Assembly: GCA_963790475.1 (NCBI GenBank)
Contig: CAWBOS010000011.1
Location: 192,001-256,000, forward strand
From: an uncultured delta proteobacterium
Lineage (GTDB): Bacteria > Desulfobacterota > RBG-13-43-22
DNA: 64,000 nt
Reading direction: 5' to 3'
The notes under the pieces are model-generated. The model saw only the letters and a list, made by a program, of their open reading frames with translations, did not search any database and was not told where the DNA came from. Numbering within the stretch: the stretch's first letter is position 1; each line of letters opens with the position of its first letter. A program made the position numbers and the translations under genes. Positions 19,941 to 29,050 of the stretch are shown one piece after another.

Positions 19941-20927
19941 CTATGGCCTTATCTCAACCATCGTACCATTTGGCGCTAATTTGTTAATTTCTTCTATTTC
20001 TTCGTCTGTAACGGCAATACACCCTTTCGTCCAGTCAACCTCCGTGTGAAAATCACCAACCCACGACAAACCATTCTTAATGCCGTGGATCATGATGTCT
20101 CCGCCCGGAGAAACACCAAGTTCTTTTGCCCGCTTTTTGTCTTTCTCGTTTGGATAAGAAATATGAAGAGATAGGTGATAACGGCTGTCCTTGTTTCTTG
20201 AATCGATTAAGTAGGTTCCCTCCGGTGTTTTGTTATCGCCTTGCCTTTCTTTGGGGCCATTCGGGTTTCCCCCCAAAGCTATTTTGTAGGTCTTGAGCAC
20301 CTTGCCCTTTGAGATCAACGTCAATCGACGTTCTTTCTTTTCAATCAGAACTTTATCTGCCGGTCCCGACTGGAGTGTAAAAACCTCTTTTTGCAGGGCA
20401 GTAATCTCATTCTCTTTACTCTTGACCTCCTGTTCAAGGGCTTCAATCTTTTTTTGCAGGGTAGTAATCTCACCCCCCTTGCTTTTAACCCCCTGCTGGA
20501 GAGTCTCAATCTGAGTTTGCTGCGCAGCAATCGTCTTATCCTTGATAATGATATTATTGATATGAAATATCATCATCTCACTGTCCTTCCTGTATCCACT
20601 CCCCGGGTAATCCTTTACGAGTTTCTGAAAACATTCCAGAGATTTCCGATAATCTTTTTGTTCATTCCTTGAATAAGAATAAATAATACCCATCTCGAAA
20701 AGAACTCTGTCTCCCGCCTTGGGATATTTTTCAATAATCTGCTTGTATTTGCTCAGAGAGGCCTGGTAGCTTCCCTGGCTGAAAAGATCATTCGCTTCTT
20801 TGAAGGTCGACTGGGCCTGAAATCCCTCATTAAAGTGACTGCACCCGCCTATTAGAATTGGCGTTATTATGATGCCGACAACTAAAATGTAAAGATGCCC
20901 ACGTATCCTGTTTTGCTTTTTACCCAT
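19941..20927 (-). CDS. Lipoprotein L,D-transpeptidase family protein (TPR + coiled coil + YkuD, YafK/DpaA-like)
   Basis: IGGC lipobox; GDNKTPEG, SLHISYPN, IMIHG..WTKGCIAV. Confidence 0.88.
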   Translation of the reverse strand: MGKKQNRIRGHLYILVVGIIITPILIGGCSHFNEGFQAQSTFKEANDLFSQGSYQASLSKYKQIIEKYPKAGDRVLFEMGIIYSYSRNEQKDYRKSLECFQKLVKDYPGSGYRKDSEMMIFHINNIIIKDKTIAAQQTQIETLQQGVKSKGGEITTLQKKIEALEQEVKSKENEITALQKEVFTLQSGPADKVLIEKKERRLTLISKGKVLKTYKIALGGNPNGPKERQGDNKTPEGTYLIDSRNKDSRYHLSLHISYPNEKDKKRAKELGVSPGGDIMIHGIKNGLSWVGDFHTEVDWTKGCIAVTDEEIEEINKLAPNGTMVEIRP

Positions 20928-21228
20928 ATACCCTTCGTGTTCTTTATTATATTTTTGGATGAGCGCAGAACCATTCCTCTTCCTCATGTATCCAAAAATA
21001 TACCACATTATAACTTAAATTCTGCAAAGTTTTCACTATTTCCGCAATAGTTTAGAAGACTAAAGCCATCAGCCTGCTTTTGGAATTTGTAGAGACTCTC
21101 TCGGGTTCATGGATCAAAGCCAGACCCAGGCTGCGCAATATTGGATAGGAACGGTGATGAGAGCCTGATCCCTGGTTTGATTAATTAGATGTTTGAATGG
21201 TCCAGACAGGTTTGAATGGTGGTAGCAT

Positions 21229-21266
21229 AAGGAAGTGGCAGGGTTTCAAAACCATGCCACTTCCTT
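21229..21266 (-). terminator. Stem-loop downstream of the lpp-like gene
   Basis: 12-bp stem aaggaagtggca / tgccacttcctt. Confidence 0.55.
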
Positions 21267-21309
21267 CCCGAGCGCTAAAGGCAAAGTTAACGGCTCCCCT
21301 GAAATTGAC

Positions 21310-21654
21310 CTACTTCTTCATGGATTTCTGGAAAGTGGCCTCAACCTTCTTCGCCTTTTCATCTGCGAGCTGCGCCTTTTCCTCAGCCATCTTCGCCTTT
21401 TCCTCGGCCATCTTCGCCCTTTCCTCGGCCATCTTGACAGCATCTTCGGCACGGGCTGCGGCTTCATTTGCCTTCAACGTGGCCGCATCAGATGCCGCCT
21501 TGGCAGCCTGGGCTTCCTGCGCTGCCTGATCAGCTTTCGCATTAGTCATGTTTTGCTGAGACTGAACTTTCGCGAGGTCACCCCTTGTTGCACAACCCCC
21601 CACAGCAATAGCAAGAACAAGCATCATTGAGATTATCAAAAGACTCTTCTTCAT
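21310..21654 (-). CDS. Lpp/OprI-family alanine-zipper lipoprotein
   Basis: VGGC lipobox, Ala/Lys/Glu coiled coil, C-terminal Lys (FQKSMKK), located between two LDT genes. Confidence 0.88.
   Translation of the reverse strand: MKKSLLIISMMLVLAIAVGGCATRGDLAKVQSQQNMTNAKADQAAQEAQAAKAASDAATLKANEAAARAEDAVKMAEERAKMAEEKAKMAEEKAQLADEKAKKVEATFQKSMKK
21373..21435. repeat. 3 x 21-nt tandem repeat encoding KMAEE(R/K)A heptads
   Basis: cgcc(t/c)tttcctc(a/g)gccatctt three times. Confidence 0.9.
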
Positions 21655-21661
21655 CGTCTAA

Positions 21662-22999
21662 TCACCTCCTTTCTCTCGACTGTCTCTTATTGACCGGTTC
21701 AATCAATATACCATCTATTTCCAAATCAATTTTCAAGCGTTTGATGGCATCCTTGGCCTCTTTGATATCATTGAAGGGGCCAGCGATAACACGGTAGCTT
21801 TCATTCTTTGATAGCACCCAGGCCGGGATTTGTGGACCCTGGTGGTTGATAATGGCGGCAAGTCTTACAGCATCAATCTCGTCGCGCACATCAGCGGCCA
21901 AAACAGTCCACGCTCCTGTTTTCAGTTCTGGTATTTCCGGTCTGCCATATAATTCGTCTGGGTGCTTGACTTCTATGGTTTCCTCAATCCCTTTTTCACC
22001 TCCTTGTCTGATCTCAAATATTGGGACGGGAATCCCCCGGGCTTCGGCCAATACTTTCTTAACCTTGCTCCAGTCAAGCGTGCGCCCCGTTTCCTTTTCA
22101 ATATTTCTCAATTTTGCATATATCTTATCGAACTCAACAGTGTCCGAGTCTTCCGGGGGGGCATGAACTTCGAGGTAAATTATTCCATTACTCTGACCTA
22201 GGAGATAGGGCTGGTTAACGAATCGTACGGGGGTGTTAACCGGCGTGTTTTCATAGACCTTCTTTATGTTTTCCGGATAGAGTCTTATGCAGCCGTTGGT
22301 CGCTCTAAGACCAATGCTGGCCGGTTTATTTGTGCCATGGATCAAATAACTCGGCTTGCTTAAATATAGCGCGTATTCTCCTAAAGGATTTAGGGGGCCA
22401 GGCAGGACGTTAGCGGGCAGAGGATCTCCTTTTTTTCTATGATCTTCAGCAATTGAGGCAGGCACATGCCAGGTAGGGCGGATCGCCTTGCGCTCCACAT
22501 GCATTTGACCTGTGGGCGAGGGTCGCTCTTCGGTACCGACACCGACCGGGTAGGTCGACACCGCCAGCGACTCACTATTTCCTTTAAATTGAAAAAGCCT
22601 CATCGCGGCTAAGTTGATCACGATACCTTTTCTAGGAGTGTCGGGCAGGATAAATCTCAGAGGCAATAGGATACGTTCTCCGACCTTAGGCACCCATATA
22701 TCTACCCCCGGATTAGCTGCACTAACTCCATTGATTCCCAGGCTGAAGTGCCTTGCAATATCAGGTAGCGTATCCCCCTTTTCAAGACTGATGAAAGCCA
22801 ACCGGCCAATGATATTATCTCCTTTGGGAACTAAAAAGTCATTTCCTTCGATATTCTCTTCCAGATGTCTCGGAATGGGCTGGTATTCCTCACGAACCCC
22901 TTTCGTTGTCGCACAGGCATAAAGAGATAAGATACCGATAAAAAGAACTATAAGTCGAAGACTATTGGACAAGAGCGACAAGTCAATGATTCGGCACAT
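21662..22999 (-). CDS. ErfK/YbiS-like L,D-transpeptidase (LysM + YkuD + SPOR)
   Basis: LYAC lipobox, GDTLPDIAR..ANPGVD LysM, YLIHGTN..ATNGCIRLYP, C-terminal YRVIAGPF SPOR motif. Confidence 0.9.
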   Translation of the reverse strand: MCRIIDLSLLSNSLRLIVLFIGILSLYACATTKGVREEYQPIPRHLEENIEGNDFLVPKGDNIIGRLAFISLEKGDTLPDIARHFSLGINGVSAANPGVDIWVPKVGERILLPLRFILPDTPRKGIVINLAAMRLFQFKGNSESLAVSTYPVGVGTEERPSPTGQMHVERKAIRPTWHVPASIAEDHRKKGDPLPANVLPGPLNPLGEYALYLSKPSYLIHGTNKPASIGLRATNGCIRLYPENIKKVYENTPVNTPVRFVNQPYLLGQSNGIIYLEVHAPPEDSDTVEFDKIYAKLRNIEKETGRTLDWSKVKKVLAEARGIPVPIFEIRQGGEKGIEETIEVKHPDELYGRPEIPELKTGAWTVLAADVRDEIDAVRLAAIINHQGPQIPAWVLSKNESYRVIAGPFNDIKEAKDAIKRLKIDLEIDGILIEPVNKRQSRERR

Positions 23000-23047
23000 G
23001 GGCCCAAATAAGGATTGATGAGAAGTTGCTTTTTAATTGTATTTCCT

Positions 23048-23201
23048 TTCACTATTTGGATCCCAGGTTAGTGTGACTTGGAGGCAATGTCCCCCATGGA
23101 AAGGAAGAACCAAAATAGTGGCAAGAAGAGTACGGGAAAAAGAAGGCGTAAGTGAGATTTGGACGGGCGGTAAAAACGTTACTGATAATCCAAGTTTTCA
23201 T
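23048..23201 (-). pseudogene. 5' stump of a secreted fibronectin-III-domain protein
   Basis: ATG at 23201, frameshifted hydrophobic stretch, then LQVTLTWDPNSE (typical FN3 start), then truncation. Confidence 0.5.
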
Positions 23202-23268
23202 GTATACTTACCTTCAGGGAAAAATGAATGGCAAAAGAAAAAAATTATAAAGCCTCTTCTTTTCTTTA

Positions 23269-23284
23269 AGCAAAAGATGTACCA
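23269..23284 (-). promoter_or_regulatory. Sigma-54 (-24/-12) promoter
   Basis: Minus strand TGGTAC-ATCTT-TTGCT with exact GG/GC spacing. Confidence 0.65.
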
Positions 23285-23389
23285 TTTTATTTATTTTTTA
23301 TATCTCAATGAAATGAAAAAGTTTTTTAAGATAGAGGATTTTCGGAAAGGGTCAAACGATTGAGTTTTTCCTACTGAAGTCAGAAAGGA

Positions 23390-23409
23390 ATGTATGATAT
23401 TTCATACAT
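23390..23409. promoter_or_regulatory. Palindromic operator / candidate enhancer-binding-protein site
   Basis: ATGTATGA-N4-TCATACAT (TGT-N12-ACA) about 110 bp upstream of the sigma-54 motif. Confidence 0.55.
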
Positions 23410-23558
23410 GTCGAGAGAATTATTAATATTTTCCTATTTTTAAGAACTTTCTGAATCCTTGTCTTGTTTCAAAAATGGAAGTTTGAGGATTAAAGAAGAA
23501 AAAGTTAAAAAAAGGATTGTTTCTTAATTAATGGGGATCTGGTAAATCCGCCCCCTAG

Positions 23559-25224
23559 GAGCCTGTCGATCTTGAGCTAAAGATATTGTCTCCCAAGAGG
23601 TCCGATTTTATTTTGAGGACTCCAAAGGGTTATAGTAAGTTCAAGATAATAGAATAAGGCCTTTTTTTGTAATTTTTCTTTGTGGATTTTTTTATTTGGC
23701 AGCTAAGGCATACATTCTTTTTAAGTTGTAGGCCATACAGACTAAATTCCATTCGCCGCTGACCATCTCTAACCCGCGAAGGAAAAATTGTCGAAAGCCC
23801 ATAATGGCCTTGATAATGCCGAATAGCGGTTCGACCGTACTCTTCCGCTGGGCGTATATCTTTTTGCCCTCTGATGTTTTTAGCCGATGCTTCATTCGGG
23901 TAAGCACATCAGCCTCTTCCGGCAAAGGTTCGGGCTGGGCGAAACGTTCTTCTAAGGGAATATTGTGTTTTTCACGATTTACAGCAATATAGGGGGTAAT
24001 CTGCTCGGCTGCGCACTTATCCAGGTTGGCCTCACTAAAATAGCCTGAATCGGCCACTAGGGTGTCCACCGTGCCTAACTGGTCTGGTAAGGAAATCAGG
24101 TTTTCCAAGGTCGTCTGGATTTCTTGCTTGTCATTGGGTTGTTGGGTAACATGATTTTCGACAATAAGCATGGTTGAAAGATCCACCCCGGCTTGGGCGT
24201 TGTAAGCTTGTTCAAAGGTCCCGCCGGCAGCGGGCATAATCCGGGAATCTTCATCGGTCAGATTCACTTGATCGGTTTTTTTAGGGCCGGACTCGGGTGG
24301 TTTAGGTTCACGTCCTCGGGGTTTCTTACCACCCTCTTGCTCCTTGGCATAACGTTCGGCCATCTTTTGGTCGTAGACTTCTTGCTCTTTGGCATAACGC
24401 TCAGCGGCTCGACGTTCAATCTCTCGCTTGGCCAGTTCTATAGTTTCAAGCCGTTTTCCTCTTCGAGAAAGTTCCTCCGGGATACTCATCCCTTCGGGAA
24501 CCGCTTCCCGGTCCGCTACTTCGGCCTGACGTAAGAGCGAGTCAACTTCTGCCTGAATCTGTTGTTCCAGTTTACAGGCATGATCCCAACTCAAGGCCTT
24601 ATGTTGGGAGGCATTGGCCTTGATCTTAGTTCCGTCTAAGGCCACTTGGCCCAGTTTGGCTATACCCATTGTTTGAGCAATCATCAGGATCTGGGCGAAT
24701 AGAGGCTTTAACTCTTCCAGAAAACGTTTGCGGAAGGCAGCTATCGTGTCATGATCCGGGTGTTGATTGGCCGTAATATAACGAAAAGCTACCGACTCAT
24801 GGGTGGCCAATTCCAGTTTGCGGCTGGAGAAGACGCCCGTGGCATAACCGTAAAACAACAATGCCACCAGCATGGTCGGAGAATAAGCCTCGGAACCCCG
24901 GCCGTCGTAGGCGTTTTCGATGGGCCTCAAGTCAAGTTTGGTGACCACCTCCACAATAAATCTGGCCAAGTGATTTCGTGGTAGCCAATCATGAATAGAG
25001 GGAGGCATCAGGTATAGGGTATCGCGGTCACAACACTTAAATCGTGGAGGATTCATATTTTCTCTCTACGTAATTTTAAAGTCGAATATATTTAACTAAT
25101 TGAATTAATTTATATTTTATCATATAATCCAACTTATGCCAAGAGAAATCTTGTCTTTTGAGCACATTTTTAATAGATTTTTTAAACGAAAATTTAACCG
25201 GACAAATTTAAGTCCGACAGGCTC
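23559..25224 (-). mobile_element. IS1182-family insertion sequence with CTAG target duplication
   Basis: IRs GAGCCTGTCGATCTTGA / GAGCCTGTCGGACTTAA (14/17); CTAG at 23555-23558 and 25225-25228. Confidence 0.9.
23692..25056 (-). CDS. IS1182-family transposase
   Basis: FSSRKLE, PDHDTIAAFR, LDGTKIKANAS, YNAQ, ADSGY, RKSTVEPLFGIIK. Confidence 0.93.
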   Translation of the reverse strand: MNPPRFKCCDRDTLYLMPPSIHDWLPRNHLARFIVEVVTKLDLRPIENAYDGRGSEAYSPTMLVALLFYGYATGVFSSRKLELATHESVAFRYITANQHPDHDTIAAFRKRFLEELKPLFAQILMIAQTMGIAKLGQVALDGTKIKANASQHKALSWDHACKLEQQIQAEVDSLLRQAEVADREAVPEGMSIPEELSRRGKRLETIELAKREIERRAAERYAKEQEVYDQKMAERYAKEQEGGKKPRGREPKPPESGPKKTDQVNLTDEDSRIMPAAGGTFEQAYNAQAGVDLSTMLIVENHVTQQPNDKQEIQTTLENLISLPDQLGTVDTLVADSGYFSEANLDKCAAEQITPYIAVNREKHNIPLEERFAQPEPLPEEADVLTRMKHRLKTSEGKKIYAQRKSTVEPLFGIIKAIMGFRQFFLRGLEMVSGEWNLVCMAYNLKRMYALAAK

Positions 25225-25259
25225 CTAGATCTATATCTGATTTTAAGGAGTGAATATCC

Positions 25260-25982
25260 ATGGCCTATCTATTCAACACAAAAATCAAGATTTTTGTCTT
25301 AACCCTATTGTCGGGGATAATCCTGGCAGGGCTCTGCCAGATGGCCGGCGCGGTCGAACGTGAATTTCGTCACCGTCAATTTTTTGATTCACGTTATCAT
25401 CATAACCATTACTACCCGCCTCGAGGTCTTTATATTGATGTACTGCCACCAGGACACCGGTTGGTGGTTTTCGGCAGAGCAAGATTCTACTTTTTTGAAG
25501 GAGTCTGGTATCGTCCTCTGGGGCGGCGTTTCGTGGTCGTGGCCCCTCCGATCGGACTGTTTGTTCCCTTTTTACCTCCCTATTACACGACCATCTCCGT
25601 AGGGGGAGTTCCCTATTACTACGCCAATGAGGTCTATTACACGGCCGCTCCCGGCGGATACCAGGTCGTTGTGCCCCCGACCGGGGAGGTCATCCCAGTT
25701 CCGTCTTCAGAAGTACTGTCTCCGCCGGGCCCTCCTCCATTACCAACTGCCGGAGGTCAGATACCGGGTGATCAGATCTTCATCTATCCCCGCCAGGGCC
25801 AGAATGAAAAAAAACAAGCGGACGATCGATATGAGTGTCACCGTTGGGCGGCAAACCAGACAAACTATAATCCGACAAAGCCGCCCGACAGTGTGCCCGA
25901 ATCACAAAAACTCCAGAAACATGCGGACTATAATCGGGCCATGGGTGCTTGCCTTGAGGGGCGAGGGTATTCGGTGAAATAA
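25260..25982 (+). CDS. Exported Pro/Tyr-rich protein (DUF6515-like)
   Basis: Signal peptide, repeated VVVAPP..LP.YYY units, C-terminal YPRQGQ..DRYEC..CLEGRGYSVK. Confidence 0.7.
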   Translation: MAYLFNTKIKIFVLTLLSGIILAGLCQMAGAVEREFRHRQFFDSRYHHNHYYPPRGLYIDVLPPGHRLVVFGRARFYFFEGVWYRPLGRRFVVVAPPIGLFVPFLPPYYTTISVGGVPYYYANEVYYTAAPGGYQVVVPPTGEVIPVPSSEVLSPPGPPPLPTAGGQIPGDQIFIYPRQGQNEKKQADDRYECHRWAANQTNYNPTKPPDSVPESQKLQKHADYNRAMGACLEGRGYSVK

Positions 25983-26101
25983 ACGGGAACCCTATCAACA
26001 CCCATAGGGTGACAAACCGGAGAAGGCGATAATGCTTTCAGGCCCTGCTCTTGAAAGCCCTCTATCTTATTAAAATTCAAAAAAATGGGGGAGGAAAATT
26101 T

Positions 26102-26332
26102 ATGAAGGAAATAATAGGAGAGATGGCTGGAAGAGTTTGGAAAACTCTGGGGAAAAAAGGACGGGTAGAGATTTCGAAGCTCCCTCAAATTCTGAGAGAG
26201 AAAGGAGAAATCGTCTACCAGGGCTTAGGCTGGTTGGCCCGAGAAGAGAAAATAATTTTTCATAAAAAAGAAGGGAGGATCTTTACCTCCCTGAAACCCG
26301 AAGAGCAGGAAATATATAAGCGATCAGTCTAA
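26102..26332 (+). CDS. Winged-helix protein (DUF2582 family)
   Basis: IGEMAGRVWKTL..GLGWLAREEKI. Confidence 0.85.
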   Translation: MKEIIGEMAGRVWKTLGKKGRVEISKLPQILREKGEIVYQGLGWLAREEKIIFHKKEGRIFTSLKPEEQEIYKRSV

Positions 26333-26366
26333 TACCCCTTTTTTTTGACCTCCTGCCTCCTTCTTT

Positions 26367-26774
26367 TTAGACGGATTCGTCTTGATTGTTCTTATTGCGG
26401 ACACTCGAAGATGAACAGAATGGCAAGTTGTTGGCAGCATAAAATAAACCAGCGGCTACTAAAACGGTTATGAAGGTTAGGATAAAGGAGAGTGATTTCG
26501 CTTGCCATAACCCAACCAGCCAAAGCCTGAATTCGGTTACAAGCACATTTGCCCTTCCGCCATAGAGTTCCAAGTCCCGGATATACTTTTTGGAATCCTC
26601 TGGCCTAATTAGATAAACAGATCCGCCCTCTTCTTGGTAAATCAAATCTTTGCTCGAATTATTTCCAGCAGTGCGATAAATCAGAATTGCGCCACCCAAA
26701 CCGCCCAGCAGAATAATGAAGCCGATAAGGTTGAAGATTAGACGACGATTTTGAATTTTCCAATGGTCAGGCAT
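26367..26774 (-). CDS. Hypothetical two-TM membrane protein
   Basis: Two hydrophobic segments, SKKYIRDLELYGG; start overlaps the upstream stop codon. Confidence 0.6.
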   Translation of the reverse strand: MPDHWKIQNRRLIFNLIGFIILLGGLGGAILIYRTAGNNSSKDLIYQEEGGSVYLIRPEDSKKYIRDLELYGGRANVLVTEFRLWLVGLWQAKSLSFILTFITVLVAAGLFYAANNLPFCSSSSVRNKNNQDESV

Positions 26775-27163
26775 CAACTTTTGGCCAGAAATTTCCCATA
26801 CAGTTTTTCGGTGCAGGAAGGACATAGACTATGGGAGAACTGTAATTCAGAATTATCGCTAATGACATTTTCTATTCTGACCCAACGGTCATCTATCCTG
26901 ACGCTTTTGCAGGAAGAGCACATAACCAGGAATCCCTCCAAGTATTTGATCCCTTGGATAAGTCTCCGCGTCAAATTTACCGTAAAAAATCCCAAGAGGA
27001 TTATTATCGTCGATTCGATTATGACCTGTGTGGTGCTGAAGGGGGGTTCAAGGTATTCAGTCACCCATAAGGTCAAGACCGCCAATAGAAATCCTAACCC
27101 CTCAAAAACAAAAATACTTTTCTGTACATAAATCTTTGATAATTTCACCTGAGAATCTTTCAT
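26774..27163 (-). CDS. Membrane protein with C-terminal CxxC..SHxLCPxC zinc-binding domain
   Basis: Two TM helices, then CSSCKSVR..W..FSHSLCPSC. Confidence 0.7.
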   Translation of the reverse strand: MKDSQVKLSKIYVQKSIFVFEGLGFLLAVLTLWVTEYLEPPFSTTQVIIESTIIILLGFFTVNLTRRLIQGIKYLEGFLVMCSSCKSVRIDDRWVRIENVISDNSELQFSHSLCPSCTEKLYGKFLAKS

Positions 27164-27270
27164 CTTCTTTTCCCCCTTCGGCTGACTCCATTGAGGTCAT
27201 CATCCGTATACTTTTAGATCAATAAAGTTTCACTAAGTTAAATTATTTTTGAAGGATCGTTAGGCCAGGT

Positions 27271-28833
27271 TCCGAGCCTTGATTATTCTCTCTTGAGTTT
27301 TCTCTATAGTGGCATAAAAAAAGTGTAATAAAAGTAATAAAGAGCTTGAAAGGTGGCTCCAGTATTGGTTAAAGTGAGATTAGCACATCACACAATTTTC
27401 CGTCACTGGAGGCCACCTAAGGTGAAGTATAGCAAAAGGCATTTTTTTAGTCGAGCATATAAAACTCCTCAGATCCGATTTGAAGATCAGAAACTTACAT
27501 CCTTTTCAGGTTTGATAATTTTTCATCCTTTGTTTCAGAAACTGGGTTTGAAAGAACGACTGCGCCAGTGTTTTCGTCACCTGCACGTCTCGGAAATTAT
27601 AGGACATCATGTAATTATGATGCTGCTGATTATCCATATTCTTTTGGGCTTTCGAAGACTCCGGGATATGGACTATTATAAAGATGATCCTTTGGTTCAA
27701 AGACTATTAGGAATGAAACGCCTCCCGGATGTCTCTACGGTTTGTCGCGCCTTAAAAAGTACCGATCCAAAAGCCATCCAAAAAATCCGAGAACTGAACC
27801 GCCAGATGGTTATCGAACGTCTCCAAAAAACTGGTCTGAGTCGATTAACCGTTGACTTTGATGGATCAGTTTTATCTACATCCCGAAAAGCCGAAGGCAC
27901 GGCGGTTGGATTTAACAAGAAAAAGAAGGGAGCCCGAAGTTACTATCCCCTTTTTTGTACCATTGCCCAAACCGGACAAGTATTTGATTTCTATCATCGC
28001 CCCGGCAATGTCCATGATTCGAATGGGGCCAGTGAGTTTATCCATCAATGCCTTAGCTGGCTCAAACAAGAACTGCCGGGTATTACGCTTGAGGTCCGGA
28101 TGGATAGCGCTTTTTTCAGCCAGGAAATAGTTGCCTTATTAGACCAGGAATCCATCGAATTTACCCTCAGCGTTCCTTTTGAACGCTTTGCCGAATTAAA
28201 ATCGATGATTGAAAATCGAGTGCGTTGGCGTCATTTAAATAATCGCTGGTCGTATTTTGAAACCCCCTGGAAACCGAAAAAATGGCCGGTAAAGTTCCGT
28301 TTTGTTTTTATACGACAACGATGCAAGCAAATCCAAAAAGCCCCGATTCAATTGGATCTCTTTATCCCTTTAGAATATGGGTACGAGTATAAGGTCATCG
28401 TAACCAACAAGAGGATTTCTGCTAAAAAGATCCTGGTCTTTCACAATGGTCGAGGAAGTCAGGAGAGTGTCTTTGGGGAATTGAAATCCCAAAGCCAACT
28501 GGATTATATTGCGGTTAAGAAACTTTCAGGAAACCAATGTTACATGATAGCGGCTATTTTTGCCCATAACCTGAACCGGGAATTACAAATGGCTACCCGG
28601 GATAGAGATCGAGGAACCTCCGAGAAAAGAACCCCGCTTTGGAATTTTCATGAATTAAAATGGATCCGCCATCGTTATATTCAAAGAGCAGGAAGACTCA
28701 CAGCACCCCAGGGTAACCTGACTCTTACTATGAGTGGTAATGAAGTCGTTAAACATGGTTTGTTCGAATTCTTAGATACTTTTAAAATGGCAGCATAATT
28801 CAAAATTTGGCGATTTCTTTTGCAACGTTTAGG
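27271..28833 (+). mobile_element. IS1380-family insertion sequence (ends approximate)
   Basis: Imperfect terminal repeats tccgagccttga / gcaacgtttagg; AGGTT occurs at both boundaries but overlaps the putative IRs. Confidence 0.7.
27422..28798 (+). CDS. IS1380-family transposase
   Basis: LTSFSGL, DFDGSV, SYYPL, RPGNVH, RMDSAF, HNGRGSQESVFGELK. Confidence 0.92.
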   Translation: MKYSKRHFFSRAYKTPQIRFEDQKLTSFSGLIIFHPLFQKLGLKERLRQCFRHLHVSEIIGHHVIMMLLIIHILLGFRRLRDMDYYKDDPLVQRLLGMKRLPDVSTVCRALKSTDPKAIQKIRELNRQMVIERLQKTGLSRLTVDFDGSVLSTSRKAEGTAVGFNKKKKGARSYYPLFCTIAQTGQVFDFYHRPGNVHDSNGASEFIHQCLSWLKQELPGITLEVRMDSAFFSQEIVALLDQESIEFTLSVPFERFAELKSMIENRVRWRHLNNRWSYFETPWKPKKWPVKFRFVFIRQRCKQIQKAPIQLDLFIPLEYGYEYKVIVTNKRISAKKILVFHNGRGSQESVFGELKSQSQLDYIAVKKLSGNQCYMIAAIFAHNLNRELQMATRDRDRGTSEKRTPLWNFHELKWIRHRYIQRAGRLTAPQGNLTLTMSGNEVVKHGLFEFLDTFKMAA

Positions 28834-29050
28834 TTTTGAAGAGTTCCACCCTGAGATTTTCTTGGCCGATTCCCTTTAGTCTACCTTTACCTTGGCCCTC
28901 AAGCCCGGGCGGCATAAATGGATGAAATAGTCTGAAGTTGCTGAAAACGGATTTGTTCAAAATTGTGTTTATAGTGACAATGCACCTCCGGAGGCCTTGA
29001 TCATTTTTCTATTTTAGGCTATTATAAACCCCAAATAAATAAGGCCAGCT

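Noticed and set aside
21373-21435. Short direct repeats as a possible CRISPR array
   Set aside because: Contiguous in-frame coding repeats without spacers; no cas genes and no spaced array anywhere in the window
25985-26060. Two hairpins with GACAAACC resembling a c-di-GMP riboswitch
   Set aside because: The GEMM consensus (GGCAAACC..GAAA..GGGACGCAAAGC) is absent; more likely terminator or stability hairpins
28900-29050. M-box riboswitch or leader peptide upstream of mgtA
   Set aside because: No recognisable ykoK motif or proline-rich leader ORF
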